Assembly (NCBI RefSeq): GCF_053078305.1
Contig: NZ_CP166879.1
Reading direction: 5' to 3' (one strand)
Length of the DNA stretch: 64,000 bases
Shown: piece by piece, positions 1 through 9,642 of the stretch
Numbering within the stretch: position 1 is the stretch's first letter
How the letters are laid out: every line of letters starts with the position of its first letter
Program-made: the position numbers and the translations under genes
Notes under the pieces: generated by a model
The model's input: the letters and a program-made list of their open reading frames with translations, nothing else
The model's database searches: none
Told to the model about the DNA's origin: nothing

Positions 1-66
1 CGCATGAATCCAGTTGCCGAACGCTTCTGGCGTGAACTGCGCGAGCTGGAGATTGTGCTTAGCTGA
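1..66 (+). CDS. 3' end of a CDS running off the window (ends ...[11 protein letters not shown]); by K-12 synteny possibly the LysR-type regulator yjiE/hypT
   Basis: Open frame from window edge to stop at 64-66; position next to iraD; product not verifiable from 21 residues. Confidence 0.3.
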   Translation, partial: RMNPVAERFWRELRELEIVLS

Positions 67-451
67 CATTCTCCAGCGTCGCACTGCGCCAACCGCCATT
101 ATCCCAGACCAGATCAAACGTTAGCGGTTCATCGTCGTGGTACAGCATTATCTCAAGGCTGATCGCCAGAGTGTGGCAGTACGCTTCTTTCAAATTAACC
201 TGCAACGCCGCAATCCGTGGCTCATGAAATAACAGTGCAGAACGCAGCTGACGGCAATACCAGCTCTGGAGATGTTTGTCGCTCGAGTTATGCACTTGCC
301 ACTCGGGCATGCCTGAAACAAGTAATGACGGTAATGCCGAATGAGGAGAATTAAAAAGAGTGAGGAGATCGCTGCATACCGATTTACGCAGCGATGACGT
401 TTTATTGCCTGAAATTTCAGGTAAAACAGCCTGAAGTGATTGGCGCATCAT
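59..451 (-). CDS. iraD: Anti-adapter protein IraD (inhibitor of RssB-mediated RpoS degradation)
   Basis: ORF translation matches recalled IraD ([17 protein letters not shown]...); start placed at the internal Met giving 130 aa. Confidence 0.85.
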   Translation of the reverse strand: MMRQSLQAVLPEISGNKTSSLRKSVCSDLLTLFNSPHSALPSLLVSGMPEWQVHNSSDKHLQSWYCRQLRSALLFHEPRIAALQVNLKEAYCHTLAISLEIMLYHDDEPLTFDLVWDNGGWRSATLENVS

Positions 452-1122
452 TTTGCGCACTCCTGACGTTTAGCAACATATGCGGCTTGCCCTGAACACC
501 GGGCACCACTGTATTGATGCTCATTTTCCATAGCCATTCCCTTTTGTTCATTACATCCATGTCAGTCTGAGACAGGCCTGAATCCTGTCAGCAAAGTATA
601 AAACCTTACTTGCCTATGAATATCTACTGACTTTTCAGGAAAAAAGTCATGATTTGATAAAAATCATCAAACTCAAAAAAAAACCGCTAGTATATTCTGA
701 ATATTCCGAATAGTTACGTAGATGAAAATACTTGTCACCGCCGCTACTTAATTCCGGTGGGAAATTATTTATTTCCGCATAATCAGCCATGTATTATTTG
801 AAACAATTAGTTTGTAAATAATATAAATTGATAACATATCAAATACATCAAAAATACCATTCATAGGCATTATTAATATAGACATCAATATAGCAACATC
901 AAATTCCAATTAGTAATAAGATATGCTTTTTAATTGCATGAAAATAATTTCAAATGAGCGTTTTTTGATACTTTAGAGTGTTTCCTACCCTTTAATATCA
1001 CCGTGTAGAGTTGATATCACTACAACAGAAACATGCATGTCATTTTTTTACTTCTTTTTTACTACAGAAAAATTTATCTATTTTTCTAAACATCAGTGAA
1101 ATACTCATAAAAGGTAACTATT

Positions 1123-1953
1123 ATGTCTATGCCATTAAGCAATACCCTTCAGAGCCAAATTATTACAGATAATCACTTCCTTCATCATCCAAAAGTCGAC
1201 AGTGAGTTAACACGTAAATATGAACGTGCACGCCTGGATACGGAAAATATCTATCTTCTGCCTCTTGCTCGTGGCAATAACCATAATTACGATGGAAAAA
1301 GCGTTGTCGAAATTAGAAAACTTGATATTAGTAAAGAGTCCTGGCCATTTAATTATGTGACAGAAGCATGCAGAGAATCCGATGGTATTACAACAACAGG
1401 ACGTATGCTCTATCGAAACTTGAAAATCACCTCAGCTTTAGACGAAATATATGGTGGCATATGTAAAAAGGCGCATGCTGCTACAGAATTAGCAGAAGGT
1501 TTACGGCTAAATTTATTTATGAAGAGCCCTTTCGATCCTGTTGAGGACTATACAGTTCATGAAATAACATTAGGCCCTGGTTGCAATGTTCCAGGTTACG
1601 CCGGAACCACGATAGGATATATTTCAACCCTTCCAGTTTCTCAGGCAAAAAGATGGACCAATGAGCAGCCAAGAATTGATATCTATATTGATCAGATAAT
1701 AACTGTCTCAGGGGTAGCAAATTCTTCCGGATTCGCCCTTGCCGCATTACTTAATGCTAATATTGAGATGGGAAATGACCCAATCATTGGTATAGAAGCC
1801 TATCCTGGTACCGCGGAGATCCATGCAAAAATGGGATATAAAGTTATCCCCGGTGATGAAGATGCGCCACTCAAACGCATGACTCTGCAACCGTCATCTC
1901 TTCCAGAACTGTTTGAATTAAAAAATGGTGAATGGAATTATATTGGTAAATAG
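1123..1953 (+). CDS. yjiC: Uncharacterized protein YjiC
   Basis: 276-aa ORF, AT-rich upstream region, conserved position between iraD and uxuR. Confidence 0.75.
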   Translation: MSMPLSNTLQSQIITDNHFLHHPKVDSELTRKYERARLDTENIYLLPLARGNNHNYDGKSVVEIRKLDISKESWPFNYVTEACRESDGITTTGRMLYRNLKITSALDEIYGGICKKAHAATELAEGLRLNLFMKSPFDPVEDYTVHEITLGPGCNVPGYAGTTIGYISTLPVSQAKRWTNEQPRIDIYIDQIITVSGVANSSGFALAALLNANIEMGNDPIIGIEAYPGTAEIHAKMGYKVIPGDEDAPLKRMTLQPSSLPELFELKNGEWNYIGK

Positions 1954-2093
1954 CCACTGAGAAGAATGAGTACTAATATTCAGGTTATACAGATATTTAA
2001 ACAATACCCTGCAATTTACAAAGTAATACTCATTGCGACTTCTTAATTTAAGAAAGCGCAAGGAACGTTTACCCTTGCGCTTATTATAATCAG

Positions 2094-2867
2094 TCAGGCG
2101 TCGACTTTATCCAGCGGCCATGAATCAAACAGATAGCCGTCAAAATAAATATCGTCAACGTTCGAGAATTCCAGCAGACGTTGCTTAACGTTTTCCAGAT
2201 GCTGCCACATTGCCAGCTTCGCCGCTCGGGCATCTTTTTTGATTAACGCGGCGAGGATCTGTTTGTGATCGCCCAACCACTCTTTACGATACAGGCTGTC
2301 ATCCAGATGGCTGTGCAACTGGATCCACATTGGATTGTTTTCCCGCCACTGCCAGGACTGACGGAATAACTCCACCAGCATGCTGTTATGCGTTGCTTCG
2401 GCAATAGCGAGATGGAACTGCATGTCACCGCTTTCGCTGCTGCCCGGCGCACTGGAAGCCAGTTCACGCTCTTCCAGTTGCAATGCCTGACGCATTTTGA
2501 CGATATCTTCGCGGGTAGCCTGCAGGGCGGCAAACTCGGCGATGTTACTTTCCAGTAACTGACGCGCCTGTAACAGCTCAAAAGGACCCGCATCATTGCA
2601 GACGTTGGCATCCGGACTGTCTGTGTTGTGGCTGCCTGAGCTATCAAGAACATAGATACCGGCACCCCGGCGCACTTCCACCAGCCCTTTGATCTCCAGC
2701 ATGATCAGCGCTTCACGTACCACCGTCCGCGTGACATCAAGCATTTCTGCAATTTCACGCTCCGGCGGCAGCCGTTCGCCAGGATTGTACGGCGTCTTTA
2801 TGATCAGATCGCGGATCATCGCCCCGACTTCCTGGTAAGGTCTTTGCGCAGAGGTGGCAGATTTCAT
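2094..2867 (-). CDS. uxuR: GntR/FadR-family repressor UxuR of the glucuronate/mannonate regulon
   Basis: 257 aa, N-terminal GntR HTH (ERLPPEREIAEMLDVTRTVVREAL), adjacent to uxuAB. Confidence 0.93.
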   Translation of the reverse strand: MKSATSAQRPYQEVGAMIRDLIIKTPYNPGERLPPEREIAEMLDVTRTVVREALIMLEIKGLVEVRRGAGIYVLDSSGSHNTDSPDANVCNDAGPFELLQARQLLESNIAEFAALQATREDIVKMRQALQLEERELASSAPGSSESGDMQFHLAIAEATHNSMLVELFRQSWQWRENNPMWIQLHSHLDDSLYRKEWLGDHKQILAALIKKDARAAKLAMWQHLENVKQRLLEFSNVDDIYFDGYLFDSWPLDKVDA

Positions 2868-2903
2868 GGTGTTGTGTCCGTTAGGTGCGGTTAATCAAAT
2901 TTT

Positions 2904-2938
2904 TGCCGGATGCGGCGTGAACGCCTTATCCGGCCTAC
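2904..2938. repeat. REP (repetitive extragenic palindromic) element
   Basis: gccggatgcggcgtgaacgccttatccggcctaca consensus-like palindrome between uxuR and uxuB. Confidence 0.8.
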
Positions 2939-3081
2939 AACGGGCAATTTTACGGCCCCCGTTAATCTCAAACTATACCATTAGCACTGGAAGTTGGCAC
3001 GTACAGGTGGGCAAAAAAACGAAAACTGGTCAACCAAATATCAGTTTGATTGACCAGTAAGTCTGTAGGGTAATCAGTTAG

Positions 3082-4542
3082 TTACAGCGCAGCCACACAC
3101 TCGCGCGCACCGCGTTCGCACAGCTGCTGATATGCCGCAGTCACCGCGCCAACAAAGTCGGCATTCTGCGGCAGATCATCGGCAAAAATACCGCTCAGGC
3201 CCAGCAGCGCTTTCACGCGGTCTGCGCCCTGATACTGCGCGTTAATCTTCTGGAACTCGGCCAGCATCGGGTCGACCACGTCAATGGCATTACCCTGCTC
3301 ATCCACGCCCTGGGTGTAACGCATCCAGCCAGCCACGCCCAGCGCCAGGTGACGCCAGCTGCCGCCGTTTTGCAGGTGCAGACGCACCGGATCCAACAGA
3401 CGCTGCGGTAACTTCTGGCTGCCGTCCATCGCAATCTGCCAGGTACGGTGACGCAGAGACGGGTTGCTGAAACGCTCGATCAGCAGCGTCGCATAGGCGT
3501 TCAGGTCCGTACCTTCCGGCATCGACAGCGTTGGCGCTTGTTCCTGCATCATCAGGGCAAAGGCCGCTTTGCGATAATCCGGGTTAGTCATGGTGTCGGC
3601 AATAGTTTCATAGCCGCCGAGGTAACCGAGGTATGCCAGGAAAGAGTGGCTGCCGTTCAGCATACGCAGTTTCATCATTTCGAACGGCACAACGTCTGCA
3701 ACGAACTGTGCGCCAACTTTATCCCAGTCCGGACGACCATTAACGAAGTTATCTTCAATCACCCACTGACGGAACGGTTCGCAGGCAATGGCGCACGGGT
3801 CGTAAACACCCAGCTGGTCAGCAATTTCCTGTAAGGTTTCTGGCGTCGCCGCCGGAACGATGCGGTCAACCATGGTGCACGGGAAGGTGACGTTCTCTTC
3901 AATCCATGCCGCCAGCTGCGGATCACGCGCCTGAGCCAGCCCCAGAACCGCGACCTTTGCCACATGACCGTTCTCACGCACGTTGTCGCAGGACATGACA
4001 GTAAACGCTTTCAGCCCTTTTTCACGACGCAGACGCAAGGCTTCGACGATGTAACCAATTGCAGACTTCGGCGCAGTCGGGTTTTCCAGATCGTGCTTGA
4101 TCAGCGGGTTATTGAGATCCAGTTGACCGCTTGCCGCATCAGCGCAGTAGCCTTTTTCCGTGACCGTCAGAGAGACAATCGCCGTTTGCGGACGCGCCAT
4201 CGCGTTGAGAATACCTTCGCAGCCGTCGATTTCCGGGTGCAGAGCTTCTTTCATCGAACCGATAATTTTCAGCTCGGTGCTTTCCGCGCCTTTTTCCGCC
4301 ACGGTGTACAGCAGTTGCTGTTTTTTCAGGTTTTCGATCAGCACGCGGTCGTTGCCTGGCATCAGGTTAACTTCGCAGATGCCCCAGTCGCTGTCGGTGC
4401 TTTCCAGCAGATGATGGGTATACAGCGCCTGGTGCGCGCGGTGAAACGCCCCGCAACCGAGATGCACAATGCGTGATTCCAGACGAGAATGATCCCATGA
4501 CGGGCGGGCAACCGGCAGATTGCTGTCAACAATAGTAGTCAT
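3082..4542 (-). CDS. uxuB: D-mannonate oxidoreductase (fructuronate reductase)
   Basis: 486 aa, mannitol-dehydrogenase family translation, operon partner of uxuA. Confidence 0.93.
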   Translation of the reverse strand: MTTIVDSNLPVARPSWDHSRLESRIVHLGCGAFHRAHQALYTHHLLESTDSDWGICEVNLMPGNDRVLIENLKKQQLLYTVAEKGAESTELKIIGSMKEALHPEIDGCEGILNAMARPQTAIVSLTVTEKGYCADAASGQLDLNNPLIKHDLENPTAPKSAIGYIVEALRLRREKGLKAFTVMSCDNVRENGHVAKVAVLGLAQARDPQLAAWIEENVTFPCTMVDRIVPAATPETLQEIADQLGVYDPCAIACEPFRQWVIEDNFVNGRPDWDKVGAQFVADVVPFEMMKLRMLNGSHSFLAYLGYLGGYETIADTMTNPDYRKAAFALMMQEQAPTLSMPEGTDLNAYATLLIERFSNPSLRHRTWQIAMDGSQKLPQRLLDPVRLHLQNGGSWRHLALGVAGWMRYTQGVDEQGNAIDVVDPMLAEFQKINAQYQGADRVKALLGLSGIFADDLPQNADFVGAVTAAYQQLCERGARECVAAL

Positions 4543-4622
4543 CGTAAACTCCAGAATCCGTCTTCAGAGAGTGACGGCAAGGAAGAAGGAACCGGCACGG
4601 CGCGCAGCCATGCCGGTGGGTA

Positions 4623-5807
4623 TTAACGGCTAAAGAAAGCGCGCTGAATCGCCAGTTCGACACCGCGAACTTCGGCCAGGCCTTTCAGACGACCAATTGC
4701 GGAGTAACCTGGGTTGGTTTTCTTCTTCAGGTCGTCCAGCATCTGATGACCGTGGTCCGGACGCATCGGGATCAGGTCTTCTTTGCCTTCCGCTTTACGA
4801 CGGTGTTCTTCTTCAACAATCGCTTTCACCACTTCGTACATATCAACGTCACCGTTCAGGTGCGCCGCTTCGTGGAAGGTTTTCGGGTTATCTTCACGCA
4901 TGGTGGAGCGCAGATGGGTGAAGTAAATACGCGGACCGAACTGCTTGATCATATCAACCAGATCGTTGTCAGCACGCACGCCGTAGGAACCGGTGCACAT
5001 GGTGAAACCGTTCGCCATGCTGTTTACGGTATCAACCATCCACTGCATATCTTCAATGGTGGAAACAATGCGCGGCAGGCCGAGGATCGGGCGCGGCGGA
5101 TCGTCCGGGTGAACCGCCATACGCACGCCAACTTCTTCAGCAACTGGAATAATCGCTTTCAGGAAGACCGCAAAGTTTTCGCGCAGCTTCGCTTTATCGA
5201 TATCTTTGTACAGCTCCAGGTGCTTACGGAACTGGTCGAGGGTATACCCTTCTTCCGCGCCCGGCAGACCGGCAATGATGTTACGGGTCAGACGCGCTTT
5301 GTCTTCGTCGCTCATGGTGGCGAAGCGTTCTGCGGCCTGAGCAATTTCTTCTTCGGTGTAATCCGCTTCCGCGCCTGGACGTTTCAGGATATGCATTTCG
5401 AATGCAGCGAATTCGATCTGGTCGAAGCGCAGAGCTTTGGAGCCGTCTGGCAGCACGTATTCGAGGTCAGTACGGGTCCAGTCGAGCACCGGCATGAAGT
5501 TGTAGCACACGGTGCGAATGCCACACTGCGCCAGGTTGCGCAGAGTCTGCTGATAGTTAGCGATCCACTGCTCATAGTTACCAGTGTGGGTTTTGATATC
5601 TTCGTGAATTGGTACGCTTTCTACGACAGACCACACCAGGCCTGCGTCTTCAACGATCGCCTTGCGTTTGAGGATCTCTTCTACGGACCATACTTCGCCG
5701 TTCGGGATATGGTGCAGCGCGGTAACCACGCCAGTTGCGCCCGCCTGACGGACATCAGCTAAAGAAACCGGATCGTTTGGGCCGTACCAGCGCCAGGTCT
5801 GTTCCAT
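4623..5807 (-). CDS. uxuA: Mannonate dehydratase
   Basis: Translation [16 protein letters not shown]... (394 aa from internal Met; ORF extends 12 codons upstream). Confidence 0.93.
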
Positions 5808-6146
5808 GATTTTTCCTCTTTCACATAGTGGGTTCCACAGCAAAGAGACGCGGAACCCTGGAGTTGTTTAGGTATCCGGATGAACAACCAGACCGCAGCC
5901 GTGGCGTTGCATCGGATGAGATGGCGTATAAGTTCTACCTTTTGGTAAGACATGTCAACCCGAATTCTAAAATTGGTTAACCACATCACAAGAATTTCAC
6001 TCTCATGGTTGTTGCTGCAAATTGCAGCAAAGGGTAATCGATGGTTATTGATCAGAGGATGTGACATTCATCGCAACAATGGTTGACCAATTTACATAAC
6101 ATGTCGCCCAAAATAACAACGGTTCAACCAGGTAAGGTAAAACGTT

Positions 6147-7490
6147 ATGCATGTGCTTAACATTCTCTGGGTGGTATTCGGCATTGGTCTGATGCTGGTA
6201 CTGAATTTGAAGTTCAAAATCAATTCAATGGTGGCTTTGTTGGTGGCGGCGCTGTCCGTCGGGATGCTGGCGGGCATGGATTTGATGTCGCTGCTGCACA
6301 CCATGAAAGCGGGCTTCGGCAACACGCTGGGGGAACTGGCTATCATCGTGGTGTTCGGTGCGGTCATCGGTAAATTGATGGTCGACTCCGGCGCGGCTCA
6401 CCAGATAGCGCATACGCTGCTGGCGCGTCTCGGTCTGCGCTATGTACAGCTGTCAGTGATTATCATCGGCCTGATTTTTGGTCTGGCGATGTTCTATGAA
6501 GTGGCCTTTATCATGTTAGCGCCGCTGGTTATTGTTATTGCCGCCGAAGCTAAAATTCCGTTCCTGAAACTGGCGATCCCGGCAGTAGCAGCTGCCACTA
6601 CCGCACATTCACTGTTCCCACCGCAGCCGGGTCCGGTGGCGCTGGTGAATGCTTATGGCGCAGATATGGGGATGGTTTATATCTATGGCGTACTGGTGAC
6701 GATCCCAAGTGTAATCTGCGCAGGTCTGATCCTGCCGAAGTTCCTCGGCAATCTTGAGCGCCCAACGCCATCATTCCTGAAAGCAGATCAACCGGTAGAT
6801 ATGAACAATCTGCCCTCTTTCGGCGTTTCGATTCTGGTGCCGCTGATCCCGGCGATCATTATGATCTCTACCACCATCGCCAATATCTGGCTGGTAAAAG
6901 ATACCCCTGCCTGGGAAGTGGTTAACTTTATCGGTTCCTCGCCGATTGCAATGTTTATTGCGATGGTGGTTGCATTCGTACTCTTTGGCACCGCACGTGG
7001 TCATGACATGCAATGGGTGATGAACGCTTTTGAAAGTGCGGTGAAAAGCATTGCAATGGTGATTCTGATCATCGGTGCGGGTGGCGTGCTGAAGCAAACT
7101 ATCATCGACACCGGCATTGGCGACACCATCGGCATGTTGATGTCCCACGGCAATATCTCGCCCTACATTATGGCATGGCTGATCACTGTGCTAATTCGTC
7201 TGGCGACGGGTCAGGGTGTCGTTTCGGCGATGACCGCCGCCGGGATTATCAGTGCTGCAATCCTTGATCCAGCAACTGGTCAGCTGATTGGCGTGAATCC
7301 GGCGCTGCTGGTGCTGGCGACGGCTGCGGGTTCCAACACCCTCACCCACATTAATGATGCCTCATTCTGGCTGTTCAAAGGTTACTTTGACCTGTCAGTA
7401 AAAGACACGTTGAAAACCTGGGGACTGCTGGAGCTGGTCAACTCCGTGGTTGGGCTGATTATTGTGTTGATTATTAGCATGGTAGCGTAA
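6147..7490 (+). CDS. gntP: Gluconate/fructuronate permease (GntP family)
   Basis: 447-aa polytopic membrane protein, GntP-family translation, divergent from uxuA. Confidence 0.92.
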   Translation: MHVLNILWVVFGIGLMLVLNLKFKINSMVALLVAALSVGMLAGMDLMSLLHTMKAGFGNTLGELAIIVVFGAVIGKLMVDSGAAHQIAHTLLARLGLRYVQLSVIIIGLIFGLAMFYEVAFIMLAPLVIVIAAEAKIPFLKLAIPAVAAATTAHSLFPPQPGPVALVNAYGADMGMVYIYGVLVTIPSVICAGLILPKFLGNLERPTPSFLKADQPVDMNNLPSFGVSILVPLIPAIIMISTTIANIWLVKDTPAWEVVNFIGSSPIAMFIAMVVAFVLFGTARGHDMQWVMNAFESAVKSIAMVILIIGAGGVLKQTIIDTGIGDTIGMLMSHGNISPYIMAWLITVLIRLATGQGVVSAMTAAGIISAAILDPATGQLIGVNPALLVLATAAGSNTLTHINDASFWLFKGYFDLSVKDTLKTWGLLELVNSVVGLIIVLIISMVA

Positions 7491-7499
7491 AAGAACACC

Positions 7500-7521
7500 A
7501 GAGCCTGCCAATGGCAGGCTC
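7500..7521 (+). terminator. Stem-loop downstream of gntP (probable rho-independent terminator)
   Basis: agcctgccaatggcaggct inverted repeat immediately after gntP stop. Confidence 0.5.
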
Positions 7522-7555
7522 AGTTCGGATTGTCGGCAAAGTGCGCTTTGTTTAT

Positions 7556-7600
7556 GCCAGATGCGACGCTGACGCGTCTTATCTGGCCTACAAAGGGCTA
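7556..7600. repeat. REP element
   Basis: atgcgacgctgacgcgtcttatctggcctacaaagggc REP-like palindrome between gntP and fimH. Confidence 0.75.
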
Positions 7601-7664
7601 ACGTGCAGGTTTTTAGCTTCAGGTAATATTTGCGTACCTGCATTAGCAATGCCCTGTGATTTCT

Positions 7665-8567
7665 TTATTGATAAACAAAAGTCACGCCAATAATCGATTG
7701 CACATTCCCTGCAGTCACCTGCCCTCCGGTACGTGCGTAATTTGCCGTTAATCCCAGACTTACCGCCGAAGTTCCTACTGCTCCTAACGATACCGTGTTA
7801 TTCGCTGGAATAATCGTACCGTTGCGCGTCAACTGTACGCCGACGCCCTGCGCTGGTGAAAACGACGCGGTATTGGTGAAAATCGAGTTGCCCGCATCTG
7901 CGGTTGTGCCGGAGAGGTAATACCCCAGGTTTTGGCTTTTCGCACAATAAACGGTAAGAGGAATTGGCACTGAACCAGGGTAGTCCGGCAGAGTAACAGT
8001 GACATCACGAGCAGAAACATCGCAGCCGCCAGTAGGCACCACCACATCATTATTGGCGTAAATATTCCACACAAACTGGAAATCATCGCTGTTATAGTTG
8101 TTGGTCTGTCGCAAAATAAGCACGGCAATTAATGAGCCAGCTTTAATCGCCACCCCGCCCGCACTGCTCACAGGCGTCAAATAAAGCGCCACCGGCCACG
8201 GCTTATCCGTTCTCGAATTATAAACAACCCGCGGCGTTTCGCTGGTGGTCGGAAATGGATAGCTACTGCCACTATATTTTACGGTCCCGGAAAAATTAGA
8301 TAACACGCCGCCATAAGCCGAGCCTCGTTGCAGTGTGACATAGTCTGTAATGGTTTCCGGATAATCGTTATGGCAAAAGATTTGCGTCGAAAGATCTACG
8401 ACCAGGTTTTGCCCCACATTCACGGCAGGCGCAAGGTTTACATAAACATTAGCGCTGCCACCGCCAATAGGGATAGCGGTACCATTGGCGGTTTTACAGG
8501 CGAATGACCAGGCATTTACCGACCAGCCCATCAGCAGTACAGCAAACAGGGTAATAACTCGTTTCAT
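7665..8567 (-). CDS. fimH: Type 1 fimbrial adhesin FimH (mannose-binding)
   Basis: 300 aa, signal peptide, FACKTANGTAIPIGGGSANVYVNLAP lectin-domain sequence. Confidence 0.96.
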   Translation of the reverse strand: MKRVITLFAVLLMGWSVNAWSFACKTANGTAIPIGGGSANVYVNLAPAVNVGQNLVVDLSTQIFCHNDYPETITDYVTLQRGSAYGGVLSNFSGTVKYSGSSYPFPTTSETPRVVYNSRTDKPWPVALYLTPVSSAGGVAIKAGSLIAVLILRQTNNYNSDDFQFVWNIYANNDVVVPTGGCDVSARDVTVTLPDYPGSVPIPLTVYCAKSQNLGYYLSGTTADAGNSIFTNTASFSPAQGVGVQLTRNGTIIPANNTVSLGAVGTSAVSLGLTANYARTGGQVTAGNVQSIIGVTFVYQ

Positions 8568-8586
8568 TACAATTATCTCTTCGGGT

Positions 8587-9090
8587 TCAGCTGTAGGTAT
8601 AGGTGATGCTAATCACTGCCTGAATGGTTCCCTGAGTGGCTCCGCCATTTACCGTCAATGCTCTGACCTGTAACGGGAAGTGCGCTGATTGTGAGGAATC
8701 ATCCACCTGAACTGTTTTGGTTGCGCCAGTATTCAATGTGTTGCCACTGTCATCCTGTAGCTCTAACTGGATGTTTTGCGCGGTCCCCTGGTTTTTATAA
8801 TATCCGGTACTGTCGGCTGCCCCGCTGAAGCTGGCAGTGACCCTCGACGTTCCCACCGGACAATTAGTCAACTCAAGCGCAACATCATGCCAGGCCGATG
8901 CCGCCCCGGCAGACATCAGACTGAAAGAATAAAGATCGCCGAGATCAACCGTGGCATTGGTGGTGGAAACTGTGCACGGTTTGGCGACGACCTTACCGTT
9001 CACCGTGATGGTGACATCAGCTGCCTGTATCGTCGCACTTGCGAGCGCCAATATTGCCGCCAATAAATACCCACGTTTGCGCCATTTCAT
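8587..9090 (-). CDS. fimG: Type 1 fimbrial minor subunit FimG
   Basis: Pilin-like ~167 aa ending ...ISITYTYS; position in fim operon. Confidence 0.93.
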   Translation of the reverse strand: MKWRKRGYLLAAILALASATIQAADVTITVNGKVVAKPCTVSTTNATVDLGDLYSFSLMSAGAASAWHDVALELTNCPVGTSRVTASFSGAADSTGYYKNQGTAQNIQLELQDDSGNTLNTGATKTVQVDDSSQSAHFPLQVRALTVNGGATQGTIQAVISITYTYS

Positions 9091-9102
9091 GAGCATCTCC
9101 AG

Positions 9103-9636
9103 TTACTGATATTCGAGAGTGAAGGTAGCCGTGGCATTGATATGCCCCGCAGTGACAGGCACCTGTGTCGCCATTAGCCGGGCGTAAAAATTCAACGTAT
9201 TTGGTTTACCCGGCGTCAGGGTCGTCCACGAAATCGCGGACGATGGAGCATTAAGGGGTATCTGATTTTGCTGCTCATTCAGAAGCTGTATTCCCAGTCC
9301 CGAAGCCGCTGACACCGTATTTTCAAGTGCAAGCAGGTTGGCATTGTGGCTATCTGCAACGCCGGTAAACCCAACCTTTACGGCAGAAACGGCGTTACCA
9401 CAGGGTGACAGCAAAATACGAAATGGAACGACAGGAGTCGTTGCGCCAATGTTGTTAAATTGCTTCGCCGCGTTTTCCATCAGATCAACAGTAAAATTGG
9501 CTGATTCAGCGGCCACACTACAGCCGTTATCTCTGACATAGCCGCGGATAGTAATCGTGCTATCCGCAGCCAAAACGCGACTTACCGCCAGCCACAAAAA
9601 AGCGCACAGAAGATAAAAAGGTTTGTTTCTCATCAC
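9103..9636 (-). CDS. fimF: Type 1 fimbrial minor subunit FimF
   Basis: Pilin-like 177 aa; position in fim operon. Confidence 0.93.
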   Translation of the reverse strand: MMRNKPFYLLCAFLWLAVSRVLAADSTITIRGYVRDNGCSVAAESANFTVDLMENAAKQFNNIGATTPVVPFRILLSPCGNAVSAVKVGFTGVADSHNANLLALENTVSAASGLGIQLLNEQQNQIPLNAPSSAISWTTLTPGKPNTLNFYARLMATQVPVTAGHINATATFTLEYQ

Positions 9637-9642
9637 GCCCCC

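Noticed and set aside
4746-5762. 338-aa ORF on the + strand
   Set aside because: Lies entirely antisense within uxuA; unusual composition with no start context; typical shadow ORF of a GC-rich gene.
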